From: Acidobacteriota bacterium
GTDB lineage: Bacteria > Acidobacteriota > UBA890 > WLXD01
Length of the DNA stretch: 64,000 bases
Assembly: GCA_965248695.1 (NCBI GenBank)
Contig: CBDFKD010000002.1
Location: forward strand, 1,056,001-1,120,000
Direction of reading: 5' to 3'
The notes beneath the pieces are model-generated. The model was given only the letters and a program-made list of their open reading frames with translations. It searched no databases and was not told the DNA's origin. Below are positions 9,508 through 18,609 of the stretch, one piece after another. Within the stretch, counting starts at the first letter, position 1; every line of letters begins with the position of its first letter. The position numbers and the translations under genes are program-made.

Positions 9508-10503
9508 TTACCCCGTTTCGGTGGACAGTTGAACGCTTGGATTTGAGGTCGTAGTCGTAGTGCTGTGGGAACTCGTGGGAGCCGCAGAGCGGCTTCCAAG
9601 TGGCGGTGCGGATCGCGGCGCGATCTGCATGGGTACGGCAGTTTCCACAGCCGGTGACGGGGTCTCGGAGTAGCTCCTCTCGTAGGCGATTGGGGATTGG
9701 TTTCCGAGCGCCGAGTGGCGCCGTCGTGGGTTGTAGAACCCCTCGATGAACTCGAACACGGCCATGCGGGCTTCGACCTGGCTCTTGAAGCTCTGCCGCC
9801 ATAGCAGCTCCGTCTCTAGCGTCGCGAAGAAGCTCTCGGCCATGGCGTTGTCGTAGCAGTCGCGAGCTGATCCGGTCGAGGGACGTACACCGAGCTGCTT
9901 GCAGCGGTGGCCGAAGGCGATCGAGGTGTATTGCGTGCCCTGATCAGAGTGGTGGATCACGCTCTCAGGTCGGCGTTGCCAGATCGCCATGTTGAGCGCC
10001 TCAAGCACCAGTTCGGTACGCAGGTGGTTGGCCATCGACCAGCCCACCACCCGCCGGCTGAAGGCATCCATCACCACCGCCAGGTACAAGAACCCCGACC
10101 ACGTAGAGACGTACGTGATGTCGGCAACCCACAGGCGATCGGGTGCACCGACCGCGAAGTCACGTTTCACCAGATCGGGCACCGGCTGCGCGTCAGTACT
10201 GCGGCGCGTCGTGCGCAGCCGACGGCGGCGGCTGACACCCTCCAGCCCCGCCTGGCTCATCAGCCGTGCCACGCGTTTGCGCCCCACCCGAACGCCGTCG
10301 GCGGCCAGTTCCGCGTGTACCCGAGGCACGCCATAGGTCGCACGGCTAAGTCGATGGATCGTCTCGATCTGCTCACGCAGCTGTGCATCCTGTCGTGCTC
10401 GCATACTGCTAGGGCGTTGTCGCCACGCGTAGTAGCCGCTGGTGGAGACCTCCAGCACTCGGCACATCGTGGCGATCGGATAGCAGGCCTGGTGAGCTCT
10501 CAC
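9508..10503 (-). CDS. IS3 transposase OrfB (DDE/rve integrase core)
   Basis: WVADITYV, HHSDQGTQY, DNAMAESFF, YNPRRRHSALG; GTG start overlaps orfA stop (GTGA). Confidence 0.93.
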   Translation of the reverse strand: MRAHQACYPIATMCRVLEVSTSGYYAWRQRPSSMRARQDAQLREQIETIHRLSRATYGVPRVHAELAADGVRVGRKRVARLMSQAGLEGVSRRRRLRTTRRSTDAQPVPDLVKRDFAVGAPDRLWVADITYVSTWSGFLYLAVVMDAFSRRVVGWSMANHLRTELVLEALNMAIWQRRPESVIHHSDQGTQYTSIAFGHRCKQLGVRPSTGSARDCYDNAMAESFFATLETELLWRQSFKSQVEARMAVFEFIEGFYNPRRRHSALGNQSPIAYERSYSETPSPAVETAVPMQIAPRSAPPLGSRSAAPTSSHSTTTTTSNPSVQLSTETG

Positions 10504-10814
10504 GAACCCGAAGACTTCTTGGGTACTGCGCCGGTCTCCCGAGCGAACCAGGCCGCGGCTTTTGCCAGGATCTCCCGCTCCGTCTTCAACTGGCGGTTTT
10601 CCCGGCGTAGCCGCCGTAGTTCTTCCTTGTCCTGGCTACTCAGGCCAGCCGCGCTAAGCCCGTCATCTCGATCCGCCTGCTTGATCCATGTACGGATCGT
10701 CCAGTACGAGGGCTCGAACTCCTCGGCGAGCTCCTGCACGCTGCGTCCTGCCCGCGCTAGCTCGACGATCTGCCGACGAAACTCCGGCGGATAAGGCGGT
10801 CGTGTTCTTCGCAT
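10500..10814 (-). CDS. IS3 transposase OrfA (HTH_Tnp_1)
   Basis: YPPEFRRQIVEL..., EELRRLRRENRQLKTEREILAKAAAWFA; GGAG RBS. Confidence 0.92.
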   Translation of the reverse strand: MRRTRPPYPPEFRRQIVELARAGRSVQELAEEFEPSYWTIRTWIKQADRDDGLSAAGLSSQDKEELRRLRRENRQLKTEREILAKAAAWFARETGAVPKKSSGS

Positions 10815-10868
10815 CGCAGACTCCTTTGGCGTTAGCCATAAGGTGTCCACGGAAGCGGATCAACTCCA

Positions 10869-11466
10869 CCTCTTGTGATTCACTCGCCACCCCTCACGGG
10901 CCAACAGAACCGTGATCCGACGGTACCCATAGCGCCCGTACTGCGTCGCCAACTGGGTCATCCGTTTCACCAGCGTTGTTTCGTCTTGCGGCACCCTGGC
11001 TCGATACTGCTGCGTCGAGCGCACCTGGCCCAGGACTCTGCAGGCTCGCCTCTCGGACACACCCAGCCACTGCTGCGCCTGTTGCACCGCCCGGCGTCGT
11101 CGTGCCGGGCTCAGAAGTTTCCCGACGAAACCTCTTTGAGGATGGCGTTGTCGAGCATCGTCTCCGCCAGCAACTTCTTGAGCCGGCCGTTTTCCCGCTC
11201 CAGCTCCTTGAGTCGCCGTGCCTGATCCACCCTCAGTCCACCGTACTCCTTGCGCCACCGGTAATACGTGTTCTCGCTGATTCCCAGCTTCCGACACGCC
11301 TGTGGTGTCTTGGCTCCCTGCGCCAGCTCGATCTCTGCCTCCCTGAGCTTGGCGATGATCTGCTCCACGGTGTAGCGTTTCCGGGCCATTTCTCCCCCTT
11401 CCCGAGCCTTCCTGAGAGCCTCAAATCCTAACTCTCATACCGGCCCGATTATTGGGGGGCAGGTCA
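10869..11466 (-). mobile_element. Truncated IS3-family (IS407 group) element: left IR, orfA and first ~80 codons of orfB
   Basis: IRL TGACCTGCCCCCCAATAATCGGGCC ends at 11466; orfB breaks at VNHKR, where the other IS3 begins; GGGAAAC slippery site. Confidence 0.88.
11111..11389 (-). CDS. IS407-group OrfA
   Basis: MARKRYTVEQIIAKLREAE...TYYRWRKEYGGL...LKELERENGRLKKL...GNF. Confidence 0.9.
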   Translation of the reverse strand: MARKRYTVEQIIAKLREAEIELAQGAKTPQACRKLGISENTYYRWRKEYGGLRVDQARRLKELERENGRLKKLLAETMLDNAILKEVSSGNF

Positions 11467-11990
11467 CACCTTGTTGAGCACGCCCATCGCGAGCCGATCG
11501 ATCGCACGACGCTTCCGGATCGGAAGCCGAGGGCTGAAATCGACGCTCCCAGACTTGAGCACTCCCAGCGGGAGCGTCACGACGACCCGATCCGCCTCGA
11601 AAGTGGCTCGCTCGGTGTGCACCCGGACTCCGAACGCACCGTGCTCGATCGCTTGGACCACGGTCGACACATGGACCGTCAGGCCGGCGGCCAGCGCATT
11701 GATGATCGCATCGTATCCGCCCGGAAAGACGACATCGCCGCCACCGAACCCCGAACCCTCGTCGAGGCCCCGAACTGACAGCTCGGACGCATCGGCAGCC
11801 CACTCCAGCTCTACGTAGCTGTTGAGCAGGTAGTCGAGCTGCCGGTCGTCGAGTGACGGTAGGTCCCCTGCCTGGCGCGCCGCGTCGACCATGCTCTGAG
11901 TGGTCGCGTTCGGAGATCGACCGACGAACTCCCGCGTATACGAGCGCAGCACGCGCTCCCACTCGTTGTACTGCGTGCCGCTGAGCGGAT
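11467..11990 (-). repeat. 524-bp inverted copy of amine oxidase internal segment 12540-13063
   Basis: Reverse complement matches 12540-13063; one substitution seen (GCC vs GCG); identical peptides appear in the ORF track on opposite strands. Confidence 0.95.
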
Positions 11991-12160
11991 GCTTTGGCGG
12001 TGATCATCATCGCGTCTCCGGTTGAGCCCGGTATCCGTTCGCCGGCGCTGCGTCACTCGTGACGGCCCGTGGACGTGAATCGGATCCCGCCGTCAGGCTA
12101 TTCTCCCATGACGGCGCGTTCCGAACGTCGTTACGATCCCGCAAGCCAAGAGAGGAGCAC

Positions 12161-13537
12161 TTGAGCCTTCGTCGAATCGCGTTCGGGCTGGTGTGGCTGG
12201 CGGCAGCCGCATCCGCCGGCGCGGGCGCCACGAACGCGGTCGGCGCGAACGACGCAGCGATCGAGAGCATCCTCGTCGTCGGCGGTGGGGTCTCCGGACT
12301 TGCCGCGGCGCGCGACCTCCACGAGGCGGGCTACGAGGTCGCCGTGCTCGAGGCGAAGGACCACCTCGGTGGCCGCGTCTGGACGGATCGTAGCGCCGGA
12401 GTTCCGCTCGACATGGGCGCCAACTGGATTCAGGGGGTTCGCGGCAACCCGATCACGGCGCTCGCCGACCAACTCGGGCTCGAGCGCGTCGCGACCGACT
12501 GGGACCGCTGGCTCGACTATGACGCCGACGGAACGCGGGATCCGCTCAGCGGCACGCAGTACAACGAGTGGGAGCGCGTGCTGCGCTCGTATACGCGGGA
12601 GTTCGTCGGTCGATCTCCGAACGCGACCACTCAGAGCATGGTCGACGCGGCGCGCCAGGCAGGGGACCTACCGTCACTCGACGACCGGCAGCTCGACTAC
12701 CTGCTCAACAGCTACGTAGAGCTGGAGTGGGCTGCCGATGCGTCCGAGCTGTCAGTTCGGGGCCTCGACGAGGGTTCGGGGTTCGGTGGCGGCGATGTCG
12801 TCTTTCCGGGCGGATACGATGCGATCATCAATGCGCTGGCGGCCGGCCTGACGGTCCATGTGTCGACCGTGGTCCAAGCGATCGAGCACGGTGCGTTCGG
12901 AGTCCGGGTGCACACCGAGCGAGCCACTTTCGAGGCGGATCGGGTCGTCGTGACGCTCCCGCTGGGAGTGCTCAAGTCTGGGAGCGTCGATTTCAGCCCT
13001 CGGCTTCCGATCCGGAAGCGTCGTGCGATCGATCGGCTCGCGATGGGCGTGCTCAACAAGGTGTGGCTCGTGTTCCCGGAGGTCTTCTGGGACCCCCAAG
13101 CACACTGGATCGGCTACGTGAGCGAGCAGAAAGGGCGCTTCACGGGCTGGCTCAACCTGGCGAGCCACACCGGAGCACCCGTGCTGCTGGCGTTCAACGC
13201 CGGGGCGTACGGAACCGAGATCGAGGCGTTGACCGACGACCAGGCCGTGGAGGCGGCGATGCGTGTGTTGCGGACGCTCTACGGCGCCGCCCCCGAGCCG
13301 GTTGCGTCCCGTATCACGCGTTGGAAGTCGGATCCCTTCGCCTACGGCTCCTACTCGTACCTGCCTCCCGGCGCTCGGCCGGTTCACCGGCGCCGGCTGG
13401 CGAGCGCGGTGAGCGACCGTCTCTTCTTCGCCGGCGAGGCCACTAGCTGGCGCTACCCCGCGACCGTGCACGGCGCCTACCTGTCCGGAGTGCGCGCCGC
13501 CGACGAAATCAAGGCCCGAGCCGATGGCGCGTCGTAG
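12161..13537 (+). CDS. Flavin monoamine/polyamine oxidase family protein with signal peptide
   Basis: VVGGGVSGLAAA FAD motif, EAKDHLGGRV, DMGANWIQG, TLPLGVLK, WKSDPFAYGSYS, FAGEAT...TVHGAYLSG; GAGGAG RBS before TTG. Confidence 0.92.
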   Translation: MSLRRIAFGLVWLAAAASAGAGATNAVGANDAAIESILVVGGGVSGLAAARDLHEAGYEVAVLEAKDHLGGRVWTDRSAGVPLDMGANWIQGVRGNPITALADQLGLERVATDWDRWLDYDADGTRDPLSGTQYNEWERVLRSYTREFVGRSPNATTQSMVDAARQAGDLPSLDDRQLDYLLNSYVELEWAADASELSVRGLDEGSGFGGGDVVFPGGYDAIINALAAGLTVHVSTVVQAIEHGAFGVRVHTERATFEADRVVVTLPLGVLKSGSVDFSPRLPIRKRRAIDRLAMGVLNKVWLVFPEVFWDPQAHWIGYVSEQKGRFTGWLNLASHTGAPVLLAFNAGAYGTEIEALTDDQAVEAAMRVLRTLYGAAPEPVASRITRWKSDPFAYGSYSYLPPGARPVHRRRLASAVSDRLFFAGEATSWRYPATVHGAYLSGVRAADEIKARADGAS

Positions 13538-13632
13538 GGCGACGATCAGCCGCGCCGATCGCGTACGCGACCGGTCGCAGGCGACGCCGTGGCCGATCGC
13601 CGCTTTCCTTGCGTGCGCGGCCGTAGCGGGAT

Positions 13633-14782
13633 TGACCTGACCCCGCGGTTAGTACCATGTCTTATCTCAGTAACTCGGTGCTGACAAGAGGTTGTTGAGG
13701 CCGGCGAAGCGGAGCGCAGCCGGCTTCAACAACGTCGCTTCGGGTGCGGGCGGCCGATAGCTCAGCGAGCTGTGCGGTCGCATGCGGTTGTAGTGCTGAC
13801 GCCATCTCTCGATCAGAACCTTTGCCTCCTTGAGCGTGTAGAAGATCTCTCCATCCAGCAGCTCGTCGCGTAGCTTGCCGTTGAAGCTCTCCACGTAACC
13901 GTTCTCCCACGGCGAGCCCGGCTCGATGAACAGCGTCCCCACGCCCAACCGGCCCAGCCAGTCGCGAACCGCCTCGGCGGTGAACTCTGGTCCGTTATCC
14001 GACCGGATGTGCTCAGGTATGCCCCGGTGTACGAACAACCTCCCGAGCTGCTCCAGCACGTCCTCAGAGTTGAGCTTCCGTGCTACATGGATCGCCAGGC
14101 TTTCTCGTGTGTACTCATCGACGATCGTCAGCAGCCTCATAGCCCGACCGTCGTGCGTCCGGTGGTGCAGGAAGTCATACGCCCAGACATGATCCCGGTG
14201 CTGTGGGCGCAGCCGGATGCAGGAGCCATCGCTCAGCCACAGCCGTGCTCGTTTGGGCTGTTTTCTCGGTACTTTCAGCCCTTCGCGCCGCCAGATACGC
14301 TGCACTCGTTTGTGGTTCACGGACCAGCCCTCCATGCGCAGCAACGCTGTCACCCTCCGATATCCGTAGCGCCCGTACTGTCGGGCTAAATCCACGATCC
14401 GCTCCGTCAAAATCTGCTCCTGTTGCGGCTCTCTTGGCACGTACCGGTGTGTCGTGCGTGGTTGTTTCAGTACCCGACACGCCCGCCTCTCCGAGACGCC
14501 CAGCCGCCCCCGTACATGTGCCACCGCCTCTCGCCGCCGAGCTGGGCTCAGAAGTTTCCCTCCGCCACTTCCTTCAGGATCGACAGGTCGAGTTCCTTTT
14601 CCGCCACCAGCCTCTTGAGCCGGGCATTCTCCTTCTCCAGTTGCTTGAGCTTTCTGGCCTGGTTGAGCTTCAGTCCGCCGTACTCTCGCCGCCACCGGTA
14701 GTAGGTGTGCTCGGTGATTGCTAGCTTGCGGCAGGCGTCCTTGACCGTCGCCCCTCGAGCCAGCTCCACCTCAGCCTCCCGG
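13633..14782 (-). mobile_element. IS3-family (IS407 group) copy 1, lacking the left 110 bp (IRL and orfA start)
   Basis: Direct repeat of 14783-15932 (1150-bp offset, one mismatch seen at 14737/15887); IRR TGACCTGACCCCGCGGTTAGTACCA. Confidence 0.9.
13667..14551 (-). CDS. IS407-group OrfB transposase, copy 1
   Basis: WAYDF, TIVDEYTRE, IRSDNGPEF, PGSPWENGYVESFNGKLRDE; start approximate (frameshift fusion). Confidence 0.85.
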   Translation of the reverse strand: MSPARRREAVAHVRGRLGVSERRACRVLKQPRTTHRYVPREPQQEQILTERIVDLARQYGRYGYRRVTALLRMEGWSVNHKRVQRIWRREGLKVPRKQPKRARLWLSDGSCIRLRPQHRDHVWAYDFLHHRTHDGRAMRLLTIVDEYTRESLAIHVARKLNSEDVLEQLGRLFVHRGIPEHIRSDNGPEFTAEAVRDWLGRLGVGTLFIEPGSPWENGYVESFNGKLRDELLDGEIFYTLKEAKVLIERWRQHYNRMRPHSSLSYRPPAPEATLLKPAALRFAGLNNLLSAPSY

Positions 14783-14816
14783 TGACCTGACCCCGCGGTT
14801 AGTACCATGTCTTATC

Positions 14817-15701
14817 TCAGTAACTCGGTGCTGACAAGAGGTTGTTGAGGCCGGCGAAGCGGAGCGCAGCCGGCTTCAACAACGTCGCTTCGGGTGCGGG
14901 CGGCCGATAGCTCAGCGAGCTGTGCGGTCGCATGCGGTTGTAGTGCTGACGCCATCTCTCGATCAGAACCTTTGCCTCCTTGAGCGTGTAGAAGATCTCT
15001 CCATCCAGCAGCTCGTCGCGTAGCTTGCCGTTGAAGCTCTCCACGTAACCGTTCTCCCACGGCGAGCCCGGCTCGATGAACAGCGTCCCCACGCCCAACC
15101 GGCCCAGCCAGTCGCGAACCGCCTCGGCGGTGAACTCTGGTCCGTTATCCGACCGGATGTGCTCAGGTATGCCCCGGTGTACGAACAACCTCCCGAGCTG
15201 CTCCAGCACGTCCTCAGAGTTGAGCTTCCGTGCTACATGGATCGCCAGGCTTTCTCGTGTGTACTCATCGACGATCGTCAGCAGCCTCATAGCCCGACCG
15301 TCGTGCGTCCGGTGGTGCAGGAAGTCATACGCCCAGACATGATCCCGGTGCTGTGGGCGCAGCCGGATGCAGGAGCCATCGCTCAGCCACAGCCGTGCTC
15401 GTTTGGGCTGTTTTCTCGGTACTTTCAGCCCTTCGCGCCGCCAGATACGCTGCACTCGTTTGTGGTTCACGGACCAGCCCTCCATGCGCAGCAACGCTGT
15501 CACCCTCCGATATCCGTAGCGCCCGTACTGTCGGGCTAAATCCACGATCCGCTCCGTCAAAATCTGCTCCTGTTGCGGCTCTCTTGGCACGTACCGGTGT
15601 GTCGTGCGTGGTTGTTTCAGTACCCGACACGCCCGCCTCTCCGAGACGCCCAGCCGCCCCCGTACATGTGCCACCGCCTCTCGCCGCCGAGCTGGGCTCA
15701 G
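14817..15701 (-). CDS. IS407-group OrfB transposase, copy 2
   Basis: Same DDE motifs as copy 1; expressed by -1 frameshift, so the start is approximate. Confidence 0.88.
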   Translation of the reverse strand: MSPARRREAVAHVRGRLGVSERRACRVLKQPRTTHRYVPREPQQEQILTERIVDLARQYGRYGYRRVTALLRMEGWSVNHKRVQRIWRREGLKVPRKQPKRARLWLSDGSCIRLRPQHRDHVWAYDFLHHRTHDGRAMRLLTIVDEYTRESLAIHVARKLNSEDVLEQLGRLFVHRGIPEHIRSDNGPEFTAEAVRDWLGRLGVGTLFIEPGSPWENGYVESFNGKLRDELLDGEIFYTLKEAKVLIERWRQHYNRMRPHSSLSYRPPAPEATLLKPAALRFAGLNNLLSAPSY

Positions 15702-15976
15702 AAGTTTCCCTCCGCCACTTCCTTCAGGATCGACAGGTCGAGTTCCTTTTCCGCCACCAGCCTCTTGAGCCGGGCATTCTCCTTCTCCAGTTGCTTGAGC
15801 TTTCTGGCCTGGTTGAGCTTCAGTCCGCCGTACTCTCGCCGCCACCGGTAGTAGGTGTGCTCGGTGATTGCTAGCTTGCGGCAGGCATCCTTGACCGTCG
15901 CCCCTCGAGCCAGCTCCACCTCAGCCTCCCGGAGCTTGCGTACGATCTGCTCGGCGCTGTGCCTCTTACTCGGCAT
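15698..15976 (-). CDS. IS407-group OrfA, copy 2
   Basis: MPSKRHSAEQIVRKLREAE...TYYRWRREYGGL...EGNF. Confidence 0.92.
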   Translation of the reverse strand: MPSKRHSAEQIVRKLREAEVELARGATVKDACRKLAITEHTYYRWRREYGGLKLNQARKLKQLEKENARLKRLVAEKELDLSILKEVAEGNF

Positions 15977-16181
15977 TCTGACCTCCCGTTCTTGACCCAG
16001 ATCGTGAGATTACATCCGGATCCGTTTTCGGGGGTCAGGTCACCTCGTCTTTCGCGACAGAGAGGTCGCCGTCGAGTAAGGTCGCCCAGCCTGCGACAAG
16101 ACCAGGATGGAGGCGACCCTGAAAGATCGTCGAGACGGGTGCCCCCCGTTGAGACACTCCTTCCAAACCGAGGAGACGCGC

Positions 16182-16460
16182 ATGTCAACACGATCCGTAT
16201 GCCAGCTGGCCTTGTCGTTGGTCCTGTTGGGCGGAGCGCTGGATGCCGGATTTGCTCAATCGACTCCGACGGGGAGTGCCCTCGTTGCGGGGACCGAGGC
16301 AATCGGTGCCGCCGTACGGCGCGCGAACTGCGCTCGCGGCCGACAGGTGGTGGCCTGCTCCTGGAACGGCAGCCATAGCTGGCCGGCCGGCGATGACGGT
16401 GTCTACTTCGCCCACAAGACCGTCTGGCGCTTCTTCAAGAAGAACCGCAAACCGCGCTAA
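16182..16460 (+). pseudogene. Probable internally deleted secreted esterase (PHB depolymerase/LpqC-like)
   Basis: GAGGAG RBS and signal peptide joined directly to a C-terminal-type 'C...GSHSWP...VWRFF' segment; no GxSxG core. Confidence 0.45.
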
Positions 16461-16589
16461 CGGCGTCGCTCTCCGGCGTCGGGGTAGGTGGCAATACCTG
16501 CTGCGTGTGCCTGCCCCAGGAAAAGCGCCCACCGATGCCGGTAGCGCCGACTCCGCTACGTCGGTGATGACCGCACCCGTGAGCCCCCT

Positions 16590-16769
16590 AGCCTACACGG
16601 CGCCGGCTCGACTACAGGGTAGCTTGGGTGGCCAAACCCGTACCACCGAAAGGGGCCCAAGAGACGGTTGCGCGGGAAGCCAGCGCCGGAGCGTACCGCA
16701 GCGTCTCTGTTGCTGGCAAGGGTAACATCGGGCACCGCTAAAGCCCTGAGACTCAAAGAGATATAGGCT
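16590..16769. ncRNA. Candidate ~180-nt rod-shaped structured RNA (6S RNA-like architecture)
   Basis: Nested complementary segments AGCCTA/TAGGCT, CAGGG-TAGC/GCTA-CCCTG, GGTGGCC/GGGCACC, central unpaired bubble, AGAGACG-GTTGCG/CGCAG-CGTCTCT; judged by eye only. Confidence 0.35.
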
Positions 16770-16814
16770 GCGCTCTCGAAGACTCCCGCAGTAGTCTCGA
16801 TGGCTTGGGTGGTA

Positions 16815-16904
<90 letters not shown>

Positions 16905-16994
16905 GCACGACGGGCGCACGCTCATCCTAGCAGGGGCGCGGTGGGGAGTCTGGCTGCTGGGTACGACGAGGTAACGGGCGGCGTGGACCCCGGA

Positions 16995-18092
16995 TCAGAC
17001 GGTGCCGATGTCGCGCGCCGAAGGGATCCCGTCGAGGCTCGTGGCCTGAGTGATGGCATCGATCACGGCGTTGGCCACCGCGGCGGCGGCAGCGGCATCG
17101 AGCCGATCGAGATCAGAAACCGCGCTGACTTCCGCGCCGTGATTGGTCGCCAGGACGAAGAGCGTGTCGCCATCGAAGATGGTGTGCGCCGGGATAACGG
17201 CGCGCGCGAGTCCGTCGTGGGCCACCGATGCCAGCCGGTTGCACTGCGGCTTGGTCAGCGTTCGGTTGGTCGCCACTACCCCGATTGCAGTGTTCATCCC
17301 GGCCGACCCGCTGCTGCGGCCGCCGTGTTTCAGCAGCACCGCCTCGGTATCTCGCAGCGTGTGGCCGTCCGCGGCTAGCGCACCGGCAATCAGTTGGCCG
17401 TCGGCGGGATCGCGAACGTCGCCTCGGCTGTTGACCGCCATCAGGGCGGCAACCACGGTTCCATCGTCGAAGCGGAAGCCAGCGCTACCGATCCCACCCT
17501 TCATGCGGCCGCTATCCAGCATCTTGCCGATCGTGGCCCCGGCCCCGGCGCCAACGCTGCCACGCGCTACCGGGTCGGCCGTGGCGGCGGCGCAGGCGGC
17601 GTACCCGTCGTCTGCGGTCGGTGAGCTGCCTCCAGTTCCGACGCCAAGATCGTAGAGCACCGCGCCGGGAACGATCGGGATCACCTGGCCGCCGAACTCG
17701 AGACCGACGGCAATCTCCTGCAAGCGGCGCACGACGCCATCTGCGCTGGCCAGGCCGGGGGCGCTGCCACCAGCGAGGACAACTGCATGCACCTGCTCGA
17801 TTGCGTTCTCGGATCGCAGCAGGTCGGTTTCACGAGTGCCCGGCGCTGCGCCGCGCACCGCGACGCCGCCCGTGGCCCCGTCGGAGGTTACCACGACGGT
17901 ACAGCCGGTGGGTCGGTTGGCCAGGGTTTGGTGACCAACGAGCACGCCGGCGACGTCGGTGAGGGTGACGTGGTCCCCCTGGCGCCGGCCACGGCGCCCG
18001 CCCCTCGGTGCCACCGGCGCCCACCCGAAGCCGCTCCCGGCGGGTAGTAATGCCGCGAACGTGAGCGACAAACGGCGACGGCTCCACTTCAT
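16995..18092 (-). CDS. P1/S58 family peptidase (DmpA-like L-aminopeptidase/D-esterase)
   Basis: [57 protein letters not shown]|[20 protein letters not shown]; start uncertain. Confidence 0.88.
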   Translation of the reverse strand: MKWSRRRLSLTFAALLPAGSGFGWAPVAPRGGRRGRRQGDHVTLTDVAGVLVGHQTLANRPTGCTVVVTSDGATGGVAVRGAAPGTRETDLLRSENAIEQVHAVVLAGGSAPGLASADGVVRRLQEIAVGLEFGGQVIPIVPGAVLYDLGVGTGGSSPTADDGYAACAAATADPVARGSVGAGAGATIGKMLDSGRMKGGIGSAGFRFDDGTVVAALMAVNSRGDVRDPADGQLIAGALAADGHTLRDTEAVLLKHGGRSSGSAGMNTAIGVVATNRTLTKPQCNRLASVAHDGLARAVIPAHTIFDGDTLFVLATNHGAEVSAVSDLDRLDAAAAAAVANAVIDAITQATSLDGIPSARDIGTV

Positions 18093-18221
18093 GCCGATCA
18101 CCTTAGCAGGTCGTATATCGCCTCGGCCCGGCACGTACCGGAGTTGTACTCGGAGGCGCCGCGCTGGCTTTGCAGGTACGACGTGACGTACAAGGAGAAG
18201 GGGCTGGAGCTGCTCCCAGGA

Positions 18222-18461
18222 CTCGCCCTCGGCATCGCGTCGAGTCTGGGCGTGGATCCGCGCCCGTTCGCCATCGCCGTGGCATTCGCCGGTTCGGCAG
18301 CCTTTTCGACGCCCATCGGCTATCACACGAACACGCTCCTTTACGGGCCAGGTGGGTATCGGTTTCTCGATTACAGCCGCGTCGGTCTGCCGCTGAACAT
18401 CATTCTCTGGCTGCTGGCGACGTTGCGGGTCCCGGTCTTCTGGCCGCTAACGCCAGCCTGA
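18222..18461 (+). pseudogene. C-terminal fragment of an SLC13/DASS family (TrkA-C type) permease
   Basis: [49 protein letters not shown]; N-terminal part absent. Confidence 0.8.
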
Positions 18462-18609
18462 TCGCCCCGTTTGATGACCTGCCGGTGGGCCCCAACCGGG
18501 CGCAAAGCCGGGTATACACTGTGGCTATGGCCCGCCCCTAGGGCGTTCGGAATACCGCTGCCGGCGGCCGTCCCACTGTTATTGAGCTCTGATCGAGCAG
18601 GAGGATTTC

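Larger units (their letters stand above)
9503..10868 (-). mobile_element. IS3-family insertion sequence, complete (1366 bp)
   Basis: Imperfect terminal IRs TGGAGTTACCCCGTTTCGGTGGACA / TGGAGTTGATCCGCTTCCGTGGACA (5'-TG...CA-3'); orfA plus orfB; no target duplication seen. Confidence 0.92.
14783..16042 (-). mobile_element. IS3-family (IS407 group) copy 2, complete (1260 bp)
   Basis: IRs TGACCTGACCCCGCGG / TGACCTGACCCCCGAA; orfA, GGGAAAC -1 frameshift site (15704-15710), orfB. Confidence 0.93.

Noticed and set aside
15698-15710. GGGAAAC -1 frameshift site
   Set aside because: Real, but a standard feature of IS3/IS407 elements
16590-16800. SRP RNA (ffs), which often follows tRNA-Ser
   Set aside because: Conserved SRP domain IV motif (CAGG..GNAA..AGCAG) not found on either strand
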